A DNA stretch of 64,000 nucleotides from Macrostomum lignano (lineage: Eukaryota): the NCBI GenBank assembly GCA_002269645.1, contig NIVC01000876.1, positions 1 through 64,000 on the forward strand, read 5' to 3'. The notes under the pieces are model-generated. The model saw nothing but the letters and a program-made list of their open reading frames with translations. It was not told the origin of the DNA and searched no databases. The translations under genes and the position numbers were made by a program. This document shows, piece after piece, positions 52,100-64,000 of the stretch. How positions within the stretch are numbered: the first letter of the stretch is position 1; every line of letters starts with the position of its first letter.

Positions 52100-55050
52100 T
52101 TACAGTACGTGTACTAGCTAGTACGTCCGTACATGCACCCTTTGCAACATTTCTACAATTGGTGCTGCCAAAGCTGCTGGTGCGGACCTCTGCTCGTGTG
52201 GAAGCTCTCACGGCCATGGAGGGATCCAAAGCAGGGGGGGGGAGTGCTGGCCAAACCACCAAAGCGCACTTATGCGGCTATGGCCAAGAGGCAGCCGGCC
52301 CTGATCATCCAAGGCCGGGAGACGCCTCTTACGGCCGAACAGCTCAACCTTATCTGGCGCAGGTTGGACTCCCACCTGGTCAAGATGGCCTTGAGCGGTA
52401 CCGCTATTCAAGTCCAAAAGACGAAATTCGAGGACCAAGCCCTTCATATCCAGCCCGCCGACAGCCAGTCTAGGCAACAGCTCCTCGAGCTGCTGAAAGC
52501 CTTCGGCTGGACATCATGCTCTCACCAGCTCTTTCCCACGTGCCGCACCGCAGCTAGGCCCACTGGACCACTCTCCGGGCGGACAGATCCTGGCTTCGAC
52601 CATCATTACTAGAGAGAGGACGGCTCGCTCCGCAAAATCATTCTCTCCTTTCAAGTAAACGGGACCTGACAAGATTTATCCTGCCTTCCTTCATGAGGCA
52701 GTTAAAAATGGCCTCCTCTGCAACCTCTTCAAGGCCAGCATTACCCTCGGGTACGTGCCAAAAGCCTGGCAAGAGGCCACGGTAGTCTTCATACCCAAGC
52801 CAGGGAAGGGAGACTATCACTCCGCCAAAGCTTACCGCCCTATCAGTCTGAGACGTCTTTCTTTTTCAAACTGATGAAACAGCTGGTGCTCTGGCGCCTC
52901 CTCGTAGAGCTGAGGAACTCCCCGCTCTCCCCTAATCAGCACGCCTTTCGTCCTGGACGTTCCATCGAAAGTGCGCTTCACGCCATTGTCGACAAGCTGG
53001 AGCGCGCCGTGCTTGGCAGTGGATACGCGCTGTCGCTTTTCCTCGACTTTGATGGTGTGTTCAATAATGTGCTCTTTGAAGCCTTTAAGCGGGCCCTGGA
53101 ATCCCAGGGCACGCATGAGCACCTTACCCGCTGGATCATGTACATGGTCTCCCATCGTACTGCCACCTCGCACCTCCTTGGGAGACTCACGCTCCGTGGA
53201 AGTCCAGAAAGGCGGACCGCAAGGTGGAGTCCTCAGCCTGATTCTCTGGAATTTAGTCATGGACGAGCTGCTTTGCAGCCCGCATCCGGACCCTGTTATG
53301 AAGGTCGGCTATGCGGACGATGTTACTGCCACTGTGGCTGGACCATCACCCGCGGTCCTCAGGGACCTCCTTCAAGCCTTCATCCACCGCGCACATAGCT
53401 GCAGTCTCAGGTTCTCTGAGTCTAAAACCGTGGCAATCATGTTCACCAGCCGCCGAAACTGGAGGATTGAACCGCTCTCCCTCAATGACAAACCCGTTGC
53501 CATGGAGAAACAAACCAGATGTCTGGGCGTCACCCTCGACCACAGGTCAGGTTGAGCTGAACCCCGCACGTCCAAACCAAAGCCCGCAAAGCTCTCGCGA
53601 CTCTCGCGCTGATCCGCAGAGCTTTCGGCGCTACCTGGGGCCTCACCCCCGCCGCCTCTGGTGGATTTACACTGCCATTGTTAGACCGGCCATCTCCTTC
53701 TCCGGCTTCATTTGGAACAGTGCCCTAGAGGTGAAAGGGGTTTTTGAGGTTCTAAATAGGGTGCAAGGCCGCACTTGTCGAGCTATCATGAGCGCGGCTC
53801 CCTCTACGCCCTTCGCTGGCATGAACTCCTTCTTGGACATTCCCCCCTCGACCTCTTTGTTAGAGGGGAGGCAATGAAAACCACCCGCCGTCTGCTTGAC
53901 GCGGATATCCAGAAGCAGTTCACCTTCAGAAAGCGGAACCTCCGGCCGCATGGCGACCTCAGCCTGCGAGACCTGGAAGCAGCGAGAGGCCTGCTGACCC
54001 TCTCGGACGGAATCCCGTCCACGCTCTGCGCATGCCCTCCGCTCAAATTCAAAACCAGCATTCCACCACGTCCATTCCAGAAAGAGACAACTGGAAACCC
54101 CATGAAATCCAATGCTTCACTGACGGGTCCCAAATCAACTCCGCCTCTGGCTACGGCTACGGCATCGTGTCTGGAGGGAGAACTGTGGCGACCTTCTCCC
54201 AACACACCGGCACCTGCTTCACCGTCTTCCAGAACGAAATTCTCGCCATTAGCTCCTGCACCATGGAGCTGTACAATCAGCGCATCTGGGGGAAGGAGAT
54301 TACCCTCCACTCGGACAGTCAAGCGGCGATTCACGCCCTTGAGCGCACCACCACCTGCTCGCGTACAGTCCTCGACTGCATCGGGCAGCTCAACCGCTTA
54401 GGCGCCTCTAACAAGGTGTCCCTAAGGTGGATCCCTGGGCATTCGGGCCACCCCGGCAACGAGTTTTGGCCGATTGCCTGGCCAACTCCCTGGCTTCTAA
54501 GCACAGGGAGAGGTGGGCTAACGCCCCCGACTGCCGGCAATCCCGCGCGGCTGTCCCCTGTCCTTCCTCCGCCCTGCGCAGGGCCCTGCTTGGACTCAAC
54601 CGCAGGGACCTCACGGTGACCATGGCCCTCTCGGGTCATGGCTGTTTTGCCAGGCATCGTCACCTCCAGGGAAAAAATCGCAGTGAGGAATGCCCATTCT
54701 CCCTCTCCAGTGTCGAGAATGCGGAGCACTTTATCTGTGAATGCCCCGCCTTTACTCAGGACAGGCTCACCTACCTCGGCCCAAACCCGGACCTCTCCGA
54801 CGTTTTCAGGCCCGAGAATCTCTGCCAGCTCTTGCGCTACCTAAGGGCTACAGGCGAGCGACAATCCACCTCCTGGACTCTCCGGAGGGGGACCGAGCTG
54901 TGGACACCGGCACCACCGGAACTCCCTGCATGACACCGCAGCACTATAGCTGCCCGTGGTCTCCAGGGGTTAGCGAAATGCGCGGCAACGCCTCCTCGCT
55001 GTTTCCGGACGCACGGAGCCCGGTTGCAGCTAAGTCAAGCTAAGTCAACA
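52100..55050 (+). mobile_element. Decayed non-LTR retrotransposon, LOA/R1-type (ORF1 fragment, RT, RNase H, C-terminal Cys/His motif); most of the AP endonuclease missing
   Basis: RT motifs YRPISL, QHAFRPGRS, LFLDF, PQGGVLS, GYADD; RNase [29 protein letters not shown]; [12 protein letters not shown]; many frameshifts; TAAGTCAAGC tandem tail near 55031-55048. Confidence 0.93.
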
Positions 55051-55289
55051 TTTCTAAAATTGCCGACGTATTCGAAGTGCTCGATGGCAAATGGCAAATA
55101 AAAATAATTGCAAATTTTTTTGTATCTCAGCATGGCTTTTAACAATAGGTCGAATAACTGAGCCATTTTTCCGCGGCCGTCAAACACTCAAGATAACGGA
55201 TTTCTTTGCCGCACTGAAACGATCGAAGTGACATATGTGACAATACACACAAAATTTAAGAACACTGGCTAAACTCCCTTTAGTGCTAG

Positions 55290-55483
55290 CAGTAGCGCAG
55301 CCAGGGAGGGAGGAGCCGGGGAGCCTGCCCCTCGCAATTATTTACCCCCCTCCCCCAAAAAAATTCCGGAGAAAAATTACTCCTCTTCCTGAATTAGTTC
55401 CAGAGAAAAATCCCCGCCCCCTATAACCCCTCCTCCGGGTGCTGAATGGGCCCTCCCGAAATAATTTCCTGGCTGCGCCACTG
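55290..55483. mobile_element. hAT-type MITE, 194 bp
   Basis: 16-bp TIRs CAGT[A/G]GCGCAGCCAGG; 8-bp TSD AGTGCTAG/AGCGCTAG (7/8 match). Confidence 0.85.
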
Positions 55484-57602
55484 AGCGCTAGCGTATCGCG
55501 ACCGCATGCCTCGATCAGCTCGATCGATCTGACTTTATTGGTCACTTGTCTTTCACCCAGGCGGGAGCTTCCCGGATCCGGACGTCCAACAGGTGGCCCC
55601 AGATGCGACTAATGGACACCATGAGGCGAATTTTATGTCGGCTGAACAAACTTCAACAAAGAACAAACCTCAACTATTAGAAGTTCTCAGCTATTAACTC
55701 TCTCGACGTCGGGGTGATGACGGTGTGACGGGGGACTTGTGGAAAACTTCATTGTTTTACTATCATTTTTACTATCAGTAGACTACTACGTAAGTGTATC
55801 ATATTTTGTATGAATTCTGTGTACGAGTACATTCATTGAATCGGCTTTTATATGTCAGCAAGTGATGAATTTTTAACAAATCAATAATTTGCCCAGCGCC
55901 CATCGTAACACTCAGCCAATTACAATTCGCTGTATCATCTATCGTTTTATATTAACTGTTCGTTTTTCGTCGCTACTCAAAAACAAATAAAAAAAACTTG
56001 GCCAACTAAGCAAGCAAAATATATCAATTCAATTGAATATTGGACTGCGCTATACTTTCATTTTTCTTCGGTCTTGTTCGGTCTTGTTCTGCCAAGGACT
56101 GCCAGATTAAATTCGTCACAACGGAATGCTTGAAATTAATATCCAAAATTTAACGTCCATACGCTGTACCCTGTACGTACCTTATACTCTAGTTCTAGTA
56201 GCAAAAACAAATTTATATTTTGCATAGTGGTTCTTGTTCTAGAATCAGAATCAAGAATATGTTAACTACTGTTTGTAGAATACAGAGTAGATCCCATGAA
56301 CCGTACTAAAATTTTGAAATGTCTACATTTAAACAAAAATTAAGGCTAATTTTAGCATGGTGACTTCATATATGTTATATTTGTACAAACGCTAAAAAGT
56401 ATCATTATGATTTATAGTTTGAATAGATTTTAATTTTTAGTTGAGCTCTCTCACCCCTCGAAAAAAACTGTTTATTCCCTTTTAAATCTTATTCGCATGA
56501 GTCAGCTGTTGAACAAGGCTGTTTGATCCATGGGCTGTGGCGGCGAAGCGTTTCTTTGATTGAGAAGGGTTAGTGGTAGTAGTGGTAGTTTCCCCAGCGA
56601 ATTTTAGATTTAGAGCAAAACTTATGCTAAAATCACTCAAAAAGCATATAATTATATTTTTTTTGTATTTATGATGACAAGTTATATTTATTTTGGTATG
56701 CACTAGGACACTGGACAGTTTTAGCTGCTTAACTAGTACTTAGTAATTGTAGTTTTTACATATTATATATTAATAATAATATTAATCATGGTAAATATAA
56801 GAATACTTTTTGAAAGGCTAAATCATCCATTTTTCATTTAATAATATAACTTTTACTTTACTTATAACATAGCATAGACCTAGATATACATATTATGGTG
56901 TTGTATACATTAGATAGTAATTATTATTTCTAGACTATAGTATACTTACACTTTGTAGTGTATTGTGTAAAATTTCTGACAGTATTTAATGTTTTTACTT
57001 TTTATCCAGTATAAAAGTGAACTATATAAATGAATTCAGGTGAATTTGCTCCTAAATATATGAGCTAACAAGATAAATTTGTTTTTATCATAGTAAAATA
57101 GTTCATTTAGTGTTATAAGAATACAATTATATTTTATTTGTTTAAACTAGGTAACTAAAGATAATTTTTGTCAAATATAAAATGTCTGTGTAATAGCAAT
57201 TATGCCTTTTAGAATATTTTTGTTAATTTATTGATAGAGTTAAGCACCCTAAATATGCTTGACATATTTTAATTTATATTTAAAGCCAATCATGATTAAG
57301 AGCTAAGCAAGTAGTATAATACTATATATAATATATATAAAAACTATAAAACATGAACTTGATGAATTTAGGATATTCAAGATTAATAAATGCTACTAGT
57401 ATATACACAATATACTACAAACTATAGCAGTATAAGTACTATTTTGAAGCATTTTATTCAAAAATAGATGTTATTGGTGTCTGTATTCAATTGTTTTTTA
57501 GTATATTTTTCCTATCCTTTTAAACTAAAAAAATAGTTGATAAGCTCTCAGAATAAATAACTACAAAACTCATTCATTTAAGCATCTAGAGGACAGCTAA
57601 AA

Positions 57603-57729
57603 ATGAAAGTACAGGTCTTTGATATCATATTTGATGATGCAGATGTGAATCTAAATGCTGTCTATCGACCTGGCCAGTTTATCAAGTTTGCCATTCACCT
57701 AAACCTCCTGGAGCCAACCAAGTGTAAAG
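57603..57729 (+). CDS. Alpha-arrestin (ARRDC/TXNIP family), exon 1 (MKVQVFDIIFDD...VYRPGQ...)
   Basis: Typical arrestin-N start (F.I.FD...VY.PGQ); G|GTAAG donor phase 1. Confidence 0.85.
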
Positions 57730-59238
57730 GTAAGCTTTTTCGATAAATTTAATAAAATTTATCTATGTACATGTAGTAATAGTGATGAGCATTTCTTCTA
57801 GGTTGTACTATTTGTGATATAGTGTTCAAATTTGTTTTATCCATGAATTTCCGGCAAAGGCAGTAAGAGTGGGTACAGAGTATAGTAGTCAAATACACAG
57901 GTTCTCGCAGGCCTGCGTTGTGCATGGGCACGAGTGCTCACTATCTCCCTGAGTCTTGGGCTTCAGGATGCACCCATGTAGTCTCCCCGCGAATCGGGAC
58001 GCGGTTGTGCAGGCTGCCTTCAGTAAGGCGTCAAGACGCACTGGCTGGCGTAGAGATGTAATACAGTATAGGAACGTCTAATTGAATCGGGGTTGTAGTT
58101 ACTATAGTGAAAGGCCGTAGTGTGCTGGGACGAAAGTTGAGTCCTGCAAGTTTATTTACGAGTATTTGAAAACGATGGATAATTAATCACTGAACCACCA
58201 GTATGCACTGTACGCAAGGTTGATGTACATATATATTGGATATCGCTTGAGCACTACAAGCATCAGGACCATACGGACCTTTCAACTTCCTGTGACAGTC
58301 GAATAAAAGAAGGCAATGATGAGCTGGATCTAGTCCTCGAAACCCGGCCTGCCGACTCAACCGATGTGTTTAGAAATTTCTTAAGATATAGTTAGCTAGT
58401 TGAAAAAAATTAAGCTCACGCGAGCGAGAGAATGGGCAAGCGACACCGTGCTTAAATAAGTAAACCACAGCAACCATAGGAAAAGCAGGCTTAGAGCCCA
58501 ACCCCCACCAGCCAATCACTGCGCAAAATAAGAGAAGAGTAAGCCAATCATCGCACAACAAGCAAGGTGACAATTAAGGGAGGGTTCAACAACACAAAAA
58601 CAGATCTTAAACCAACCAGCTAAGGCATATCTCGCACGCATGCAGGGGTGATTCAAGTAAGCATAAAAAACAGGAACGAGACGCATGGGGTGACTTAATC
58701 AGCAAACCTGGAGAACGGGGTGCAATTGTACTGCAAGAGTGCCTGATTTAACAAAAAATTGGGACATACTTTGACTGTGAATGTAAACTAATCTTGACCA
58801 GCAATATTTTCTTGATTGTTTATGCATTTTTTGTAAATTAAATACCGATAAACTATCTAGAAAAGAAAAAGTATGATAGATAAGGAAGAAACCCCATCCT
58901 TGACAGCAACTCCTCAAGTGTAGAAAGTAAATGTCCAGAATGGTTGGCGAAAGCAGTTCAGTTACGATGCATGCATGTTTAGTATGAAGCAAAACTTGAG
59001 ACCTGGTGGACACCCTGAATACTCTTCATCTCTTCCCTCAACTCCTTACTGCTCAGTCCTCCTTGCCTAGTAAGGTTTATATAGGTAGGAGGCGCTTTTA
59101 CAAAGCGGATCTCATAAGCTATAGCTAGGTTTTATAATAGAAATAATATACATGCATGACAGAAATGAGTTTATGATGGAAAATCTGCTTAATCACAATT
59201 ATTACTTGTATTAAAGTTGCTGAAATTCGGTATCTGTA

Positions 59239-59522
59239 CTCTGCAACATCGAAAAGTCGCCACTCTATGCGCCAGTAAGCAATTTCTCTTGGACTATTCT
59301 GAAATAAAGGATACGAGAAAGCTGATCGGGGTAGCTTTAATCCGTCCAAGCCTCGCACACCGCTCCCCCCACTTCATTGCCTTAAACTCTGACTTCCGAT
59401 GAACCCTCCATTCCTCAACTAAGTTGCGTCACTCGCTAAGATTGAGAGACTTCACCTGCACTCTCAAAAGTGGCGACCACAGACGGAATCTTCTGTGTTT
59501 GCGACTTTTCGAGGTTGCTGAG
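59239..59522. mobile_element. TA-flanked MITE (Tc1/mariner-like TSD), 284 bp, in arrestin intron 1
   Basis: 22-bp TIRs CTC[T/A]GCAAC[A/C]TCGAAAAGTCGC (20/22 match), TA on both sides; a related end at 19862-19910. Confidence 0.7.
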
Positions 59523-59691
59523 TATACATGTAGCTGTAAAGTAAACGCTATTATAACAACGGCAATTTGGACAACAGCAAAATAGCGTTGCGTCTTTTAT
59601 CTATAGTATTTTTTATACTGTATTTTTGCATCCTTACCCTATGAGCAACTTAATTGATTGTTTGTTTCGCTTATCCGCCTAAATCTTACAG

Positions 59692-59826
59692 CTGTGTACG
59701 TTGGGCTGTTTGGTGACTCAAGTGTGCACTGGACTGAGCAGGTGCAGTCTGGAGGCGATGATTCAAGTGAGACCGTGCACTACAGCTCACAAGAAAAGTA
59801 CATCGATGAGACGGTGTACATTTACA
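59692..59826 (+). CDS. Alpha-arrestin exon 2 (VYVGLFGDSSVHWTE...HYSSQEKY)
   Basis: ttacag acceptor and GTAAG donor, both phase 1; G...V.W.E and Y...E.Y arrestin-N motifs. Confidence 0.9.
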
Positions 59827-60376
59827 GTAAGCGGATTTTGCTGTTTTGAGTCATCACCTGCCCAATATGATGTATTTTCATTATATTACATGTATGTGTC
59901 ATGTCACGTGACTCGTTAAATTGTATGTTTATTTCTATGAAAAATCCCACAGTTTCGGGGCATAAATTAAGGCTTTGGCTTTTGTGCGAAAATCACACAT
60001 ATCGCTTTCATGGACTCTCATAAGTGCCTTTCGTTCTTATATCCACTCATCCTCCACCACCACTATACTTAATTAGTTATTTCTAGGTAGCTATGTGACT
60101 TATTTTAGAAGAATCGGCTCAACCAATTCTTATGAAACTTGCACCGTCCGATCATACATCATAAATGACTCCGACTTAAATTACGTCATGGCACAATAGT
60201 TCATTGGCTTCTGGCAGCATAGCACAAGACTGCATTGCAGCTTAGAATTCAATTAATTAGTTTCCCATTTATAGTTTTCATCTAAAGCTTTTTTGAGCCA
60301 TTTCCGAAATAGTCAAAATTTCTGTCCAGTTTGAGTTTTTCAATGATTCCGTCGTCGTTCACAATAAACTTCACAG

Positions 60377-60798
60377 CGCCCACAGCCAACCATCACCCGG
60401 CTGGCGAATTTATCTATCCAGTTTCCTTTCAATTGCTGCCAACGGCTCCGGCATCCTTCGAAAGCAGCATAGGGAACATCCGTTACTACATCCAGGCGAG
60501 AATGGACCGGTCGTGGAATAAGAGCAATATGGTCAAGAAGTTTTTTACTGTTATCCGCGATTTTGATTTGAATTTGTGTCGGCCGGAAGAAATCGGACCA
60601 TACAACGCTACCGGAGAGTTTAATGTCACCTGTAATGCCTGTATCTGTTTTAATTGCAGCAGTTGCTACGGCAAAGTTCTAGTCCGCGTCGAGCTGCCTA
60701 AGAAGGCCTTCGTGCCAGGGGAGCACGTGCATGTTACTGGGGAGATTTCCAATTTTAGCAAGACCGCCTTGCAGAGTGTTAAGCTGGAGATTTATCAG
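60377..60798 (+). CDS. Alpha-arrestin exon 3 (AGEFIYPVSFQL..APASFESSIGNIRYYI...KKAFVPGE)
   Basis: Hallmark P.SFE...G.IRY and K.afvPGE motifs; splice sites in phase. Confidence 0.93.
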
Positions 60799-60913
60799 GT
60801 ACCAAGTTACATATTGCCTATACCGCCTTGGTTGCTTAAAGGCTGACTGGTGTCCTGAGTGGCTGAGGAGCAAGTTCAACACTAAACGTTTTGATTTCCA
60901 TAAAATATTTTAG

Positions 60914-61093
60914 CACTGCATCTACATGACTCCTTCGAAGAGCAGAGTTGATTGCCGAGTGGTCTCGGAGTTGCAGCTGGACCGCATTCAGCGAGGCCAC
61001 TCAATGCAGCTGAACCACGTGTTGACCGTGACATCTGTGCCCAGCTCACACATGCTAGGCTGCGGTAACATTCGCGTTCAATATTATTTTAGA
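60914..61093 (+). CDS. Alpha-arrestin exon 4 (..VPSSHMLGCGNIRVQYYFR)
   Basis: tttag acceptor, GTAAGT donor, 180 nt, phase 0; PS...C..I.V.Y arrestin-C motif. Confidence 0.9.
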
Positions 61094-62541
61094 GTAAGTT
61101 ACTTAAGTAGGCTCTGTTATTTGGTACAATGGCGGATTGCAGTGTTTTGCCCATTATTCATCTCTGCGATATGCAACGTCGGCCTGCTGGCGCTCGTCGA
61201 AAATTCAAAACGATGTATTCGAGATTCATATATCACGATTTTTTGTGTTCATTTTTAACAAGTTTGCCGTCAGTGTCCCACGCTGTACATTCATTATTCC
61301 ACACTTCGAATTCGTACATTCGTGCAACAATGTGCTTTGAATAATGGTTTTTGTCATAGACGATGGGCATTATTCTACGCTGACGGTTTGAATTGTCTAT
61401 GGAAAAATCCCACAGTTGTCTAGCTAAGCTTAGTTGACAATGTGATAAATGTACGGCTTGCTAGTGCATCGATGCCATAGACACTCTTGCTCTACGCGCA
61501 CTCGTGGTCTTAGGCGTTACTGCACTCGCAAGCCCTGTACTTTCTCTTCATCTAGCAGTTTGCTCTTCATTATTATTTTACGTCTAGCTTGCATCTTGTT
61601 TGCTTTTTGTGTTTGCCGTTTGACCAAAGACAAAGTTCATTCGAAGGTGTAGTGCAAGAGCATACATGTGGACCCGTGTTCAAATTATTGATATATCGAT
61701 ACTTATGTACAAGCGTACATCCAAATGTTTTGTCTTCGATAAGACAAAAATGTATCACGGATTTCACTTATATTCAAACGTACCTCTGGCTACATACTAT
61801 ATAGGCTGGTTGCGAAAAGGACAACTAAAGTATCAAGGGATCTGACTATGGAATCAAAGATCTGCTAGAACCGTCAAACTCTTGAAATCTTTCCGTCACC
61901 ACCAATAGCCGTGCAACAATGAAGGAGACTTCGTTAATCTGAAGTCATTTCCTGGCTCTTGTGCGCTCGTAGATTTTTCTAGACACATTACCAGAAGCAT
62001 TAAAGTTCACAGTGTTTTAGGCCGGTCATTGCTTGAATGTCATTGCCTTAACGTAAATTACCATAGACATATTTGTTGCGTATTGCTATGACTACTGCAA
62101 AGTATAGACTTTTACTTGGGAAATAGTCTATGGTTTATGCGACGCGATACGGTACTCTCCTTTGTTTGCTAAGCTTCGAATCTTTTCATTTAGGAACACA
62201 AGACCCTAGGAGCGCGCTGCCGCTTCGAAATATAGCTTAATTTCAAACTACCATAATTCATTGACTTGGCGTTTTTTCAAACGAAACATTTTGAACAATG
62301 TGCCTTGAATGTTTTTATTATAGAAAGATATTTAGGTACTTATTTAGCTTTTTAAACCCATAGGAACATCATTCCTAAACTGCCTATCTGGGTCTCAGAT
62401 AGATTTATCATTAATTCTATTGTCATCCTGATGACAAACGAGATTTGAGTTTACCTTAAGTCCAGAGTTTAGTCAAAGGCTGATGATGGCGGGCTGAACT
62501 AGCCTTAGATCATTGGATTTAACGATTATTGCACATTGTAG

Positions 62542-62680
62542 GTAAACGCTGATGGTCGCCTCTGTCTGTCAATGAGGAAAGAGTGCTGCGAGCTTCTGAT
62601 TGGCTCAATACCGCTGAGATCGGCGATGGGGCCTCCGCCGATGGGCGCTCAGCCGATACAGCAGCAGCCGTCTGCTCCAC
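62542..62680 (+). CDS. Alpha-arrestin exon 5 (..ELLIGSIPL..PSAP)
   Basis: ttgtag acceptor, GTGAGT donor phase 1; IG(S/T)IPL closes the arrestin-C domain. Confidence 0.85.
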
Positions 62681-63350
62681 GTGAGTATACGGCTGACTGT
62701 TGAACCCGTAGGCGTCATGACCTACTTTTTTACAGAAATTTGCAACAGGAGTCTCTTGATGGGAACGAAATCAAATAAAGATTAAATAGATGGTGGAATT
62801 AATTACCGACCGATCACCTGCTGCCAAAATGACGTAAATCGTGTGTTATTACCAAGACTACTAAAGTAGAAGGACGCAAAACTCGAAATCTATGGAAAAT
62901 GTTTTGAAGGCCACTTTTTCAAACAATGTCACTTTTGAATGGATGCATGTGGAAATGTCTTTTTTCGCTAGGACCTTCGAAATTCATTCCCCTTTAAGAT
63001 AAAATAGCATTCGCGGCTTTGGCTTAAGTTTATTTTATTTAATTTATTTCAATTTTCTTAAGGCAACCCATTTTTTCAACAAGGTATGCCTTACCATCTA
63101 AACTTAGTTACGTGCCTTGAACTCTTCGTAGGATTCGATTAGCCGTGCAGAATCTGTAAACAATATAAAAATGTTAATTGCAAAGCCATAGTATCCAGCA
63201 AAATATTTATCTAAAGTGGCCTTCAAAACTTTTCCCCATGAAACGTGAGTGTCGCTTTCTCTGTACATGTTACTTGAGTTGTCATTGATAATGTAATTGT
63301 AGTCTGAAAAAAAAATTCACGTTCTTCGTACTCCCTACGCACTGCTGCAG

Positions 63351-63476
63351 CGCCACCCACACTAAGCAACCAGGAGTGTGCCTGGCCGAGTGGAGCCGGA
63401 CACCGACCCAGGCAAGCAGCCGGGTGCGACCAGGTATCCGTACGACAATCGCGCCTATGAACCGCCATCGGCCTAA
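63351..63476 (+). CDS. Alpha-arrestin probable last exon (tail); reading frame ambiguous
   Basis: ctgcag acceptor phase 1; PPT..QECAW in frame (stop at 63460); the shifted frame gives RVEPDTD..YPYDNRAYEPPSA* (stop at 63476). Confidence 0.55.
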
Positions 63477-64000
63477 GTTGATATGTTATCCGGGTTAATC
63501 AGTTAATAAAATCTGATTAAATAATTATCTACAAGAATCTCGAGCTTGAAACTTTAGCGATTTGCTATTTCTGTGTACATATTTATTATTACAGCAACTT
63601 ATTTACAGGTATCGGCTGTTTTTCTATTATTACCTTATATCATACGTTAGTTCCACGGATAAAATTCATGAAAGTCCCAGTTTTCATAGAAAAAATAGCT
63701 TAAAAACTTACATCGTTTCAACGTGTTTGTTCTAGAGCTTTTGAGAGCTCCCGTGATGTAAATTCTTAGAAAGGTAGGCACATGTGTTCCATTAGTCATT
63801 TAGCCTTCTATTGTAGCTGGTACGGTCTGATTATTATTCTGAGAGGAATGTTAATACATTCTTAGTGATCGCAAAAGGCTTTGCCTTGCAGTTCTACATG
63901 TAGCTACGTGTAATTTGAGCAGGCTGTGTACACAATGCAATCGGTATAGAATCAATCCACTGCTCCACTTCTGTACTTATTATTCTTTAGCTATCTGTTA

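Noticed and set aside
52832-54729. Minus-strand ORFs over the LINE
   Set aside because: Antisense shadows of GC-rich RT/RNase H coding sequence

Overview
Repeat-rich animal (metazoan) genomic DNA. GT-AG introns filled with mini- and microsatellites and invertebrate-type transposons suggest a lophotrochozoan such as a free-living flatworm (inference; species not determinable here). Four spliced genes were reconstructed by hand with phase-consistent splice sites. (1) A couch potato/RBPMS/mec-8 RRM gene (+, 6985-16638; first exon not found). (2) A ~292-aa type I membrane protein with a Cys-rich module, a SUEL/Gal-lectin domain and a TM helix (-, 36155-22080; EVA-1/EVA1C-like). (3) An ~966-aa protein joining ~10 ankyrin repeats to a Mab-21/cGAS-like (cGLR) nucleotidyltransferase that retains its catalytic motifs (+, 42811-49864; one 1-bp frameshift). 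(4) An alpha-arrestin (+, 57603-~63470). Mobile elements: a BEL/Pao relic lacking RT/RNase H (with a nested tRNA-SINE) inside the cGLR intron, a decayed LOA/R1-type LINE with RNase H, three SINEs (one CORE-like), a probable Crypton relic and two MITEs. About 20 tandem arrays account for nearly all long ORFs in the ORF track. The ankyrin-cGLR fusion is invisible in the ORF track and is the strongest candidate for an under-described innate-immune system.
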